Positions 23,932 to 35,600 of a DNA stretch of 64,000 nt are shown piece by piece. The translations under genes and the position numbers were made by a program. Origin of the DNA: Camelus dromedarius (Eukaryota); the NCBI RefSeq assembly GCF_036321535.1, contig NC_087452.1:5580001-5644000 (forward strand). The letters run 5' to 3'. Numbering within the stretch: the first letter of the stretch is position 1; every line of letters starts with the position of its first letter. The notes below the pieces were generated by a model. It worked only from the letters and a program-made list of their open reading frames with translations, searched no databases and was not told the origin of the DNA.

Positions 23932-25659
23932 ACATCTGGCTCCCTCGGTCGCATCTGCCAGCATTATGGAGTGTTTGCTGGGTGGGTGGTACTGGGTGGG
24001 GAATTTGGGGGTGAAGAAGAGGCAAGTGAAGAAACACTGTAGGGCCCCCCATGGGCATGACATGCGCAGGAAGTGATTAGATGCAGAGGCATATATGGAA
24101 TTAAGGGGTGAAAGGAGGAACCATGAGGACCAGGGAAAGTCAGGGTGTCCTACTGAGCTCTGATCATCGAGGCTGACTTGGGGAGGTGCGGGGGCTGGAG
24201 CTGGTCTCTTGGATGGGGACGTTTGAGACAGGAAGAGAAGAAGAGATTCCTGCCAAGGGGAGTTTGAGGAGCAGAGTGACAGCTGCTAGGACCATCACAG
24301 CAGCATCTGTGTCCGCTCAGGCGTCCCCAGGACACGTGAGAAGGTCAGAAGCCCATGTGATCTGCAAAACCTAGGGGTCTGTAGATTTCAGGAGGGTCAC
24401 CAATGTCCCCGAATAGGCAGTTCACCCAGCTCATAAATACAAACTTGCGCAATGACACCAGCCAGAACCCTCTTGCCACCCGTTTGCTGTCCTATCTCCT
24501 GGCAGTTTGCCCCCACTCCAGTCACTGCGGCCACCCTCAGCCCCTGATAACACTGTGGCATCTGAATCCAGAGAGGCAGAAGGGTGGGCTTTGGGTTCTT
24601 GTCTCTGGGGAGGGTGGTGCTGGGGCCCCCAGTCTCCTATGCTTGACAGCATCTGCCAAGCAACCTAGACTAGGCTCTGTGCTTCAATGTCTTTGCAACA
24701 GGGCCCCTGCCAGGGGTCAGATGCATCCTCCCGGGTTCAGTGGGGCCCCATCAAGGTCCTGTGAGCACCACGATGCTGCAAACACAGGAGAGCGAGCCTC
24801 CTGGCCCCCGCTTTGACTCCATTCTAGTCACATAAGGAGGCTATGAAATTTTCTAGGATGAAAGGAGACCTAGACTGTCGCCCCCACAGGAAGCAGCTGC
24901 AGATGAAAGAGAGATGGGGACTGTCATCCACGTTTCTGGGCACCATCCTGGGCGATGTCAGAGGAGATAAATGCAAACCCAGTCTGCAGGCCTTTCTCAT
25001 GCCTGTCTCCACGGTGGCCTCTTTCTTTCCTTTTCTGGGGGTGTAATTTCAGACTGCAAGGCTAGTATAAAGCACTCACACGCTTTTGCTCACAAGCACC
25101 TGTTATTCACCTCCTCCTCATTTGCTGTGTGTGTGCCTGCGCACACACGTGTACATCTTCTGAGCGAGTTGCACACCTCCTTAGCTGTCACCTCGGATCA
25201 TTTCAGTGTGTGTACTTCTTAAGAACAAAAAGCCAGTACAGTTTGCAGCATCTGGAAACTTTGCACTAATCCAATGCCACTGCTTAATCCGCTGTCCATA
25301 GTCACATATCAGCTGCCTGGGTGATGCCCTTTAAAGCTGTTTGCCCTGACTTCCTTGGAGCACATCCCTCTCCTTTTCTTATTTTTAACTTTTCATTTGG
25401 AAATACTTTCAAGAGCACAGAATAGTTGAAGGACACTACAGAGAACACCTGGATGTTGTACTAGGGTCACCTGCTGCTGCTTTCCCTATGGTACACGGGT
25501 TATCTCCACCTGCCCATCTACGCACATAGCATTTCCCCCTAAACTCCTTGAGAGTAACTTGTGAGCAACATATCCCTTTACCCCTAAACACTTCAGTGTG
25601 TGTTCTCTTCCCTGACCACAGTACAGCTGTGCTCTGTAAGATTCACACTGATGTCATAT

Positions 25660-26965
25660 TTTTTATTGAGATGACATTCACATAACATAAAAGTAACCAT
25701 TTTAAAGTGAGCGATTTACTGTTTTCCACAGTAAACTGCATTCCCACCAGCAGTGTAGGAGGGTTCCCTTTTCTCTACAGCCTCTCCAGCATTTGTCATN
25801 NNNNNNNNNNNNNNNNNNNNNNNNNNNNNNNNNNNNNNNNNNNNNNNNNNNNNNNNNNNNNNNNNNNNNNNNNNNNNNNNNNNNNNNNNNNNNNNNNNNN
25901 NNNNNNNNNNNNNNNNNNNNNNNNNNNNNNNNNNNNNNNNNNNNNNNNNNNNNNNNNNNNNNNNNNNNNNNNNNNNNNNNNNNNNNNNNNNNNNNNNNNN
26001 NNNNNNNNNNNNNNNNNNNNNNNNNNNNNNNNNNNNNNNNNNNNCATTCTAAGTGAAGTAAGCCAGAAAGAGAAAGAAAAATACCATATGAGATCGCTCA
26101 TATGTGGAATCTAAAAAACAAACAAACAAACAAAGCATAAATACAAAACAGAAATAGACTCATAGACATAGAATACAAACTTGTGGTTGCCAAGGGGGCA
26201 GAGGGTGGGAAGGGATAGATGGGATTTCAAAATTGTTGAAAAGATAAACAAGTTTATACTGTGTAGCACAGGGAAATATACACAAGATCTTATGGTAGCT
26301 CACAGAGAAAAAAATGTGACAATGAATATATGTATGTTTATGTATAACTGAAAAATTGTGCTGAACACTGGAATTTGACACAACATTGTAAAATGATTAT
26401 AAATCAATAAAAAATGTTAAAAAAATAAATTAAGAGAGGGAATGGAAAAAAAATAAAAAATAAAATGAGCGATTTAGTGGCATTTAGTACATCACAACAT
26501 TGTACAACCACCACCTCTATCTAGTTCCAAAACATTTTTATTATTTTGATTGTTTATATCAAAACAGAATGACCCATTAAGCAGTTTCTCCTTGTTCCTC
26601 AACTCCCTCCAGCCCCTGGTAACCTTCAGTCTGTGTTCTGTCTCTGCAGATTCCTCTATTCTGNNNNNNNNNNNNNNNNNNNNNNNNNNNNNNNNNNNNN
26701 NNNNNNNNNNNNNNNNNNNNNNNNNNNNNNNNNNNNNNNNNNNNNNNNNNNNNNNNNNNNNNNNNNNNNNNNNNNNNNNNNNNNNNNNNNNNNNNNNNNN
26801 NNNNNGATAGACTGCATTTTGTTTATCTCTCCATCTGTTGACGGACATTTGGGCCCTTTCCACCTTTTCACTGCTGTGAACAGAGCTGCTATAAATATAT
26901 GTATAAGTATATTTGTTTGACTACCTGTTTTCACTTCTTTGAGGCATATGCCTAGTGGTGGAATT
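25660..26965 (-). mobile_element. L1MB-like 3' end (middle element), split by a younger L1
   Basis: tttttattgagatgacattcacataacataaa...|...gtggcatttagtacatcacaacattgtacaaccaccacc; catctgttgacggacatttggg. Confidence 0.8.
25704..26476 (+). mobile_element. Young lineage-specific (camelid-type) L1, 5'-truncated with 5' inversion, poly(A) and TSD
   Basis: TSD aaagtgagcgattta (25704-25718) / aaaatgagcgattta (26462-26476); antisense L1 ORF2-end sequence 25719-25799; sense 3' end 26045-26430; A-rich tail. Confidence 0.85.
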
Positions 26966-27824
26966 GTTTGTTTTGATTACCTGGGGAAAGTATTATTTAA
27001 TTTCTCCACTGTATCCTCACTATTTTATCCCGAGTCTGTGGGGAGACACTTGAAGGCCACACCTCCTGCTTTTCCAGTTTCCCCTGGACTTAGCATCCGC
27101 TGATAATTTTTGCCTGATCCATTCTTTACTGTGATGGTTGCCGAATGCTGAGTTTGCAACCCCAGCCCCCTCTCTGCATTTACCAGGTGGCCCAGGCATC
27201 CTACTCTAAGCAAGAGTGCTCCTGTCTCTCCACTGATTCATTGATTTACCAATTTTTCTATATAAATTCATGAATTTGTTTTTCACCCCAATGTCTTATA
27301 ACTCATTACCGTGTTTAATTATTGTAGTGCTGAAATCATCCCAGAATTGGCTGATGGGAGCCCTGCAAGCTGGTGTTTGTATCCTCATGACATGCCTTCA
27401 CCTATGTTTTGTTCTTGGTTTTTGGTGTGTTTGTGTGTGTGTGTGTAGGTTCCTCCTTAACTATTCTGGCATGACCAGGTGTTCGTCCTGGCTTATCCTG
27501 AAGCTGTCCTGCCCCAGCCCTGCAGTCAGCCGTCTCTCCCAGGCCCTATGGTTCCTGCTAGAGGAAGATGGCATTGGAGAGCAAGGTCTGGGCACCAGGT
27601 GAGCACACACCTTGGCCAGGCCTCATCAATGCAGGGGCTGGGGAGGACCAGGCTCGGGTGTTGGGGGCCAGAGCTGCCTCCCTGTCTTGCCCCGGTGCTG
27701 CGGGATCCTCTGCGGTCACAAGTGTGAAATACACAGCCCGCCACGGCAAGGACGCAAAACAGAATGACCTCAGGTGCTCTTTCACGCTGCATCTCTTTTT
27801 AGCTAAATTTCTGTGCACAGCAGC

Positions 27825-27983
27825 GATTATTTCCATAGGAGCGGGCCTACTGGATCATAAAAAAGCATGTGTTCTTTAAACATAGAAACTAGTTCTTTTG
27901 ATGATTATTTCCATAGGAGCGGGCCTACTGGATCATAAAAAAGCATGTGTTCTTTAAACATAGAAACAAATTCTTTTGATGAT
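27825..27983. repeat. 78-bp tandem duplication
   Basis: 27825-27902 vs 27903-27980, two mismatches (aactagtt vs aacaaatt). Confidence 0.95.
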
Positions 27984-28084
27984 ATGTGAGCACAGGGCTC
28001 TGCTGTGTTTTGCACAGGCTGGACACTGTGTGTGCACACCGTGTGTGTGTTCTCAAAGGTGAAAATGTAGTTACCTGCTTACTG

Positions 28085-28445
28085 TTCTGTTTAGTCCAGG
28101 AGACTGTAGGCTCCTTGAGAGCAGTGTCTATGTCTGTTTTATGCAAAACAGTGCCTGGCACGTGACTGAAACTCCATAACTGTTGAGTGAATACTTCTAG
28201 CCAAGTAGAGCTCCCATGTATGGAACACGTACAACATGCCACATGCCATTCAAAGTGCTTGACATGAATTAACTCTTTTAATCTTTTCAGTGACTCTACT
28301 ATATCTTCCCCATTCTACTGATGAGGAAACTGAGGCTCAGAGAGGCTGAGTGCTTTGGCCAAGTTCACACATCCAGGAAATGGCAAAGCTAGATCTAGAT
28401 CCACCCCCAGGCAATCTGGCTCAAACTCCATGCTCTTAATACAAT
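28085..28445. mobile_element. L2 tail (+) followed by MIR (-)
   Basis: gtaggctccttgagagcag...cagtgcctggcacg; ctgatgaggaaactgaggctcagagaggctgagtg. Confidence 0.75.
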
Positions 28446-28455
28446 AGTACACTGT

Positions 28456-28590
28456 GGGATGGATGGATGGATGGATGGCTGGAGGGACGGAGGGACGGAG
28501 GGAGGGAGGGAGGAATGGAGGGATGGATGGGTAAATGAATGTGTGGCTGGGTGGATGGGTGGGTGGATGGATGGATGGATGAATAGATGA
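28456..28590. repeat. Compound (GGAT)n/(GGAG)n/(GGGT)n microsatellite
   Basis: ggatggatggatggatggatgg...ggagggagggagg...ggatggatggatggatgaat. Confidence 0.9.
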
Positions 28591-28774
28591 ATCAATCAGA
28601 CATAGTGGCTCATCCATTTCTCTCCTGCTGTCTGTGACCCAGCTTCTCACCCAGAGTGTCTCCACGCCTCCCCTTCCTGCTCCCTTGGAACTTGCTCCCT
28701 TTCGCAGTGTCTCCTGGAGCTGTGGCTGCATTTGCAGTTACAGCTGAGCAATGATAGACACAGAGAGGATTTTT

Positions 28775-29020
28775 GGTGTAGACCAAAGGTCACCAAGTGG
28801 CAACTTAAGGGCCAGATCTGTTTGGTCCACAGAGCATTAAAACAAAACAAAGTTTGGTATTTAAAAATAGGGGAGTTACCATGAATTTTGATTTCTACTT
28901 TCTTTTAAGAAAAATAGGAAGATTGGGGAACCTGGCCCTTCATACGTGCTGGGACACTCTGAGCTGGGCTAGAATTAGCTAACTGTGACATGGGACTTGA
29001 GGCTCACTGTTTGCTGCTGC
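28775..29020. mobile_element. Ancient hAT-like DNA transposon fragment (family not named)
   Basis: gggccagatctgtttggtccacag...aaaataggaagattggggaacctggcc; similar to the reverse complement of 61385-61612 and to about 35130-35195. Confidence 0.5.
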
Positions 29021-29769
29021 CTTCACACATCCCTCCTCACTCATCACCTGCGTGGCCCTGTGGGGTTTACAGACCCTGGCTAAGACACTGCCCCTGGTCG
29101 GCCAGTCCCAGGTGAGATTCGCTTTCTTGGCTGCAGCGTTGCCCTTTGACTCTGTCGAGTGAATAGTTGTCTACAGAAGGGATGTTGCCCCATCTTCCAC
29201 CTGCACCCTGCTGTAATGGTCCTGCTCCGTTTCTGTGTGTTTCCTTCCATTCAGTTGAGATCCCAAGGTTGTTAGTTGCCCTGAGTTCAGTTGACAGTCT
29301 GAGGTTGCCACTCACCCCACGGGTTCCCTAATCTTCCCTGCCTTGAGTCATACCCCGCCTCTGTTGGTCATTCTCATCCAGATCAGTGATCACCGTGCTG
29401 CAGGTGCAGGGCCAGGTCATAAGCCATCAGAGACACCCCTCTGGTTAATACTTCCAAATTCGTTTGGCCGTCCAGAGACTACGAATCCCTCTGTTGTACT
29501 GTGACCTGGTCCTCCTTTCTCCAGCATTTCCTCGAAAGCATTAGGAGACAGCAAGCCCCTGCACTGCTCTTGTTTCTTTGCACAGAGAGCCCAGGGAGAG
29601 AAGGCAGGAGGCAGGAGTGTTCTAGGTGGGAACTGGGGACCCAGTTCAATGGCCCACCCGTGGTGAGTGCTCAGTTATCTGCTAACTGTTTACTGTTATC
29701 ATCGTGCTAATTTCTAGCTGTCACCTTTTTTATCTGGGTGCCTTAGAAGGTGTCCTGGACTCGTAAGCA

Positions 29770-29910
29770 GAAAAGTCTCAGTGTGCATCCTGACTCTTAA
29801 TTACTGAGATATATATGGCCTTGGGAAAATCCATTCCTCTCTCTGAGCATCAGTTTCCTCATCCGTGAAATGGGGTTAATAACAGTAAACCCTGAGGAGA
29901 CTGTTGACTA
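29770..29910 (+). mobile_element. MIR SINE
   Basis: ctctctgagcatcagtttcctcatccgtgaaatggggttaataacagta. Confidence 0.8.
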
Positions 29911-31815
29911 GTGGGTGTTTTTTTTCCAAGGAGATGCTCAGTGGTGCAAGAGCTTCCACAGGCTCTTCGCTGCCCGGTGAGCAAGATGGAGACCCCTCTT
30001 CACCCCCAAAGTTGTACATCTGGACAGGGCAAAGCTGCTTCTCTGCCCCCGTTTGTTCCCATGTAAGCATCAGTGACAAATACCGCAGTCAGGAAGTTTC
30101 TATCCTTTCCATCTGCAGGTTGAGAGGAGGACGTGAAGTGGGGGTTTCTGCCAGCCCCCCAGTCAGCATAGCTTTTTCCATTCCTCTGTCAATGGCTGTA
30201 CTCTTTTAATTTTTTTGACCTGGCTTCATTTGCTTAATTACTTTAACATTCCTCCATGTTGTAGCATATGTTAATGCTTCAATTCCTTTTATTTCAGTGG
30301 AGCAGGAATATACCACAGTTCAGTATCCGTATACCTATAAATAGGCACTTGGGTCATTTCCACTTTTGGAATGTCATAAATAATCCTGTTATGACCATTC
30401 CTGTAAGAGTCATGTATGGACATACATATTTTCATTTCTCCTCAATAAATACTTAAGAATAGAATGGCTAGATCATCTTATATGTGTATAATAAACTTGT
30501 TAAGAAACTGCTGGACTGTTTTCCAAAGTGGAAAACATTTCATGCTCCCCCCAGCAGTTTACGAGAGTTCCAGTTACGTCACATTCTCAGCATCACTCTG
30601 TGCCGTCAGTCTTTGACTTCAGCTATTCCAATACTTGGGTCGTGGTACTCATTGTGGTTTTAATTTGCATTTCTTTCATGACTAAGGACATTGCACATCT
30701 TTCCACATATTTGTTTGTCAAATGTATATCTTCTCTGGTAAATACCTGTGCAGATCTTTCTCCCATTTTGTATTGGGTTGTTTGTTTTCTTACTATTTGG
30801 TTTTGAGAGTTCTTTATATCTTCTGGATACATGTCTTTGATCAGACACATGGTTTGCAGATACTTTCTCTGAGTCTATGACTTGAATTTTCTTTTTCTTA
30901 GCAGCATCTCTCAAAGAGCAGAAGCTGTAAGTTCTCATGAGATCCGGTCATCAATTTACTCTTTTAAGGATGGTGCTTCTGGTGGTGCATCTAAGAAATA
31001 TTTGCCTAGATCTTTGCCAAAGATTGCGAAAGTTTTCTCTATTTTGTGTCCCTTGTTCTTTCAATTATTAAGAGAGGAGTATTGAAATCTCCGACTGTGT
31101 TTGTGAATTTGTCTGTTTTTCCTTGCATTTGCATCAGGTTTTGCTTCATATATATTAAGCTCTCCTACTAAGAGCTAAACATTTAGGATTGCTATGTCAT
31201 CTTGATGAATTGACTCCTTTGTCATTGTGAAATGACCTTCTTTATCTTTACTGATGTTGTTGGCTCTGAAATCCACTTTGTCTGATATTAATACAGCCAC
31301 TCCAGCTTTTAACTAGTGTTAGCATAGTATATCTTTTTTCCATCTGTTTGCCTTTAACTTATTTCTGTCTTTATGTTGAAGTGCATTTCTTGTAGGCAGC
31401 ATAGAGTTGTGTCTTGATTTTTGATCCAATTAGACATTCTTTGCCTTTTAACTGGGGGAGCTTAGACCACTTACATTTATTAAGATCATAGATATGGTTA
31501 ACTTTGAACCTCTCATCTTGTTTTTTCATCCTCTCTGTTCTTTGGGTCCCTTTTTCTTCTTGATCTGCTGTATTTTGGATTGATTGAATATCCTTATAAT
31601 TCTTTCTCAATTTCCTTTGTTATTTTATTAGCTCTAGTTCTTTGTTTTGTTATTTTAGTGGTGTCTTTAGTATTTGCAGACTAGATCTTTTGCTCATCAC
31701 AGTCTGTCTTCAAGTGTATCACTTCACATATAGTATGCCTTAGAATAGCATGCTTTCATTTCCCTCCCCCCCGACCTTTGTACTATTGTCGTTGTATATT
31801 TTACTTTTGTGTATA

Positions 31816-32032
31816 CAGCTGACCCTTAACACAGGTTTGAACTTTGTAGGTCCACTTATAAGTGGATTTTTTCAATGAATATGCACTGCAGTACTACATG
31901 ATCCAGAGCTGGCTGGTTGAATCCATGGATGCAGAACTGTGGATGTGCAGGGCCAACTATAGAATTACACATGGACTTTTTATGTCGCAGGGATCAGTAC
32001 CCCTAACCCTCACATTGTTCAAGGGGCAAGTG
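31816..32032. mobile_element. Tigger2/MER8-like TcMar-Tigger MITE inserted in the L1
   Basis: Terminal inverted repeats cagctgacccttaac / ttgttcaaggggcaagtg; TA on both flanks (31814-15, 32033-34); ggttgaatccatggatgcagaac. Confidence 0.85.
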
Positions 32033-32550
32033 TATTATCCACACCACACAACTTTAGTATTTTTGTTTAATGTCAATATCTTTTTCAAGATTTTGAATAA
32101 ATTTTAAAATTTTATATATTTGCCTATGTAGTTACCATTTCCAACGGTCTTCATTCTTTGTAGGGGTCTATAGTCCCATCTGTTGNNNNNNNNNNNNNNN
32201 NNNNNNNNNNNNNNNNNNNNNNNNNNNNNNNNNNNNNNNNNNNNNNNNNNNNNNNNNNNNNNNNNNNNNNNNNNNNNNNNNNNNNNNNNNNNNNNNNNNN
32301 NNNNNNNNNNNNNNNNNNNNNNNNNNNNNNGTTCTTTTCTTTCCATATTTTAAAGCTATTACCCCACTGTCTTCTCACGTGCATTGTTTCCAGTGAGAAG
32401 TCTGTCATCGTTATCTTTGCTTCTCCATATATTATGCACCTATTTTTTTTATGGCTACTTTTAAGATTTTCTCTTTATACTTGTTTTGAGAACTTTGATT
32501 TTGATGGATCTTGATATCATTTTCTTTATGTTTATTGTGCTTGGGATCCT

Positions 32551-32630
32551 TTGGGCTTCCAGAGTGTGTGTGTTTATATTTTTTGTCAAGTTGGGCTTCC
32601 AGAGTGTGTGTGTTTATATTTTTTGTCAAG
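32551..32630. repeat. Perfect 40-bp tandem duplication
   Basis: ttgggcttccagagtgtgtgtgtttatattttttgtcaag x2. Confidence 0.95.
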
Positions 32631-35600
32631 TGTTGGAAATTTTTCAGCTATTATTTCTTCAATTTTTTTTTTTTTTTTGCATTCTCTCCACTTTCTCCTC
32701 TCCTTTGAGGACTCCAGTTGCATAAATATTAGGCCACTTAAAGTTCTCCCACAGCTCACTGATACTCTGTTCTGTTTTTTTCTCCTCTCTTCTCATTGTG
32801 TTTTGTTTCCGTTTCTATCACTGTCTTCAAGTTCATTCATCTTCCCTGCCACACTGTCTAATCTGCTGTTGATCTCATCCAGTGTCTTTTTCATTTCACA
32901 CGTAGTTTTCGTCTCCTGCAGTTAGACCTGTGTCTTTTTTGTATCTTCCTTGTCTCTACCTACCTTTTGGAACATATGAGATTCAGTTATAGTAACCATT
33001 ACTGCATCACTATCTGCTCATTCTAATATCTGAGTCAGTTCTGGGTCACTTTTGATTGCCTTATCTTCTCATTATGATTGTAACTTCCTGCTTCTTTGCA
33101 TACCTGATAACTTTTGTTGGGTTCCAGACACTGCACCTTACCCTATTGGGTGCTAGATGTTTTTGTATTCGTATCAATATCCTTGAGCTTTGCCTGAAAT
33201 GCAGTTAAGCTACTTGGAAGCAGTTTGATCCTTTTGCGTCTTGCTTTGAATAGTCGCTTGATGGAACCAGAGCAGTGCTTAGTTTAGAGCTGATTATTGC
33301 CCCTTTCTGAGTGCTTGACTCAATGTCCCATGAATCCTGAGGGTTGCTAGTCTGGCTGGTGGCCACAGGCACTACTCCCAGCCCTGCCTGAGTGCCAGGC
33401 CTTGTTCTCTGGAGTCATTTTGGGTGGTTCTTTCCTGGCCTTAGGTAGTTTCCTCACACACAGGCCAGATCAGGACTCAGCCGCATACTGGAGGGGGACC
33501 CTCTGTGATCTCTAGCTGTCTCTCTCTGCACTGCTCTTGTCTCTCCAGTGCTCTGTCCTGAACCCTAAGCTTCATCTTCTCAACTCAAGGAGTCCCTTGG
33601 GTTCGCCCTCCTGAGCCATGGCCTGGAAACCTCTCCAGGCAGTAAGCTGGGTCAATCACTGGGCTCACTTCTTATTTCCTGTCTTTTGCTTTTCACTGAC
33701 CACCATAGTCTGATGTCCACTTGCAACCAAATTATTGTTTTGTATGTTTCTCCCACTTTTCATTCTTCACAGGCATGAGGGTAACCTGATCTATGAGTCC
33801 CTTTTGGCTGGAGGTGAAAGTCCCCTGAGCACTTTAACTCAGGGAAGCAGTGGACCAGCTTCGCCTTTTAGGACAACCCCTGTTTCTACAGGTTCTTCCT
33901 AATCTCCTGGGGTCTTAGACATCTGGGCCCAGCTGCCTGAATGAGCTCATTTTCCTGGCCTCCTCCAGCCCAGAAGGGTGGTGTGGGCAGGAAGCTGGCC
34001 CTTCAGGACCAGCCCCAGGCATCTCCTGGGAAGTGGCCCAGCCTCCCCTGCTGTCACCTCCTCTTCCTGTCTCTGGGTCCCTGGCACTCAGAGGCAGAGA
34101 ATGTTTGGGTGAATGAGGCAGCTCGGTACTGTGTTGGCAAGAACGGGGCAGCTGGTGGCAGAAGAGCACTCGTGAACCACGGGCAGCAGAATTCACCTTT
34201 ACGTTGGAACAACACTTCTGCGTCAGGCTTGGCCACAGCCTGCTCCCATGGAGTCAGCATGCCCAGGATTCTACCCCCATTTTAGAGACGGTCACCCAGG
34301 TATTAAGTGGCGTGGTTTGTGTCTCTGGGCACTTGTGCAAGTTTAGGGGCCCAGGGCATCAAGCTGGGTGGCCCTGACGGGTCCTTCACCCCTGCCCATG
34401 ACCCAGGAGGCCCAGCCGGAGAGTCTGAGAGTGACCCTCAGAGCTGCCGCCACAGCCTTGCTCGCCGGCAGGAAGCTCTTTGAGCTGAGGCTGGGGAGCG
34501 CTCAGTGAAACAGCCCCCAGGGCACCATTTGCGGAGGCTGGTCTTGCCTGGTCAGGGCAAAGCTGGCAGGGATCAATGAGGACGACCGAGAGGGTGCCAT
34601 CCTTGTCAGCGAACAGCAGGGCTTTACAGAAGGATGCCTCTGGGGGCTGTGTTGTCACTGTGTGCAAATGCTACCTAGGATGAGCCAGTGGAATTTTCCA
34701 CTAAGGCCAAATCATGGCAGACGGTGCTAGGCAGCAGCCTCCAACCTGTCTGTCCCTGCGTCCCGAGTGCTCTGAACACTGGAGAGGACAGCAGGGTGGA
34801 GGGCCGGGGAGGATGGAGGTGGGGTGGGCTTCAGAGTCTCAGGACTCGGGACAAGGGTACGATGGAGAAACATCACCCCTGTACACACCTGGGAACCAGA
34901 AAGTTGTATTGCCCGGTGTCCTCAGGGTGTCATTGGTGGAGGGAAGGAGTATCTGTGTGGCTTTTAGAGCTGCTTCCTGATTACCTGCCCTGTAACACTC
35001 CTAACTCCTGAAACTCTAAATCAGAGCCTCCAGACGGGTGGTCTTCAGGCTAATTCTGTGCACACGTGTTTAATTCTGTGTACACTGCTTCATCCCACAT
35101 GCTGTTTTAAGCTGGAATTCGATGCTCAAATCCCCAAATTAAGGAGATGTCGTGGAAAAACCTAGATTTCCACATTCTCTTGAAAATGTAGATGCTCAGG
35201 CACCCCTGAGCTGAGTGGAGGCCTCTCCAGGCCTCATAGTCCTCCCTGCTCCCTGCGGCCTCCTGCCCCCCGGGGTCAGTGAGCGCTCACCAAGCCCTGT
35301 GGGCATTCCGTGGTGGTCCTGCGAGTGTTGAAAGGCCCTGTCCCCTGTCGGGGAGGGCCTGTCTCCCTCTAGTTGCCACACTGAGGAAGTCATCCCCGCA
35401 TCCTTTGTAACAGCCTCAAGCTGAGTGACACACTAGTGTCTCCCTGACACTCCTGACTTAGACCTCGGAGCCTCCCTACAAAAAGCCCTGACTCCACCCA
35501 CGTGTGATGGGGCCTCCCCAGCAAACCTGCCTCCCTCCCCGAGAAAGTGCTCTGAAGCTCATTCCCAGGAAACGCGGAGCGGTTTGCATGTTGGCAGAGG

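Larger units (their letters stand above)
25378..27790 (-). mobile_element. Old L1MC/ME-like 3' end (outer element of a nested cluster; pieces about 25378-25655 and 26975-27790)
   Basis: tttaacttttcatttggaaatactttcaag; ctaaacacttcagtgtgtg; atcatcccagaattggctgatgggagccc; gcaaggtctgggcaccaggt. Confidence 0.6.
20472..32330. other. Five N-runs (20472-20676, 20706-20914, 25800-26044, 26664-26805, 32186-32330)
   Basis: 205, 209, 245, 142 and 145 N; all fall inside L1 sequence. Confidence 0.95.
30195..33790 (-). mobile_element. Old L1M element with degraded ORF1, ORF2 endonuclease and ORF2 C-terminus (RT region absent)
   Basis: Antisense remnants: TDFSLETMHVRRQWGNSFKIWKEK and KYKEKILKVA (ORF1p-like); KIKTQLYAAYKK region (EN-like, frameshifted); FTREDIHLTNKYVERCAMSLVMKEMQIKTTM (ORF2 C-terminus-like). 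Confidence 0.8.

Noticed and set aside
29586-29662. 77-nt + strand exon candidate (ttgtttctttgcacag|...GTG|gtgagt)
   Set aside because: Good acceptor, but the donor appears to derive from a MIR-tail gtgagtgctca motif; such pairs are expected by chance; not supported enough to list
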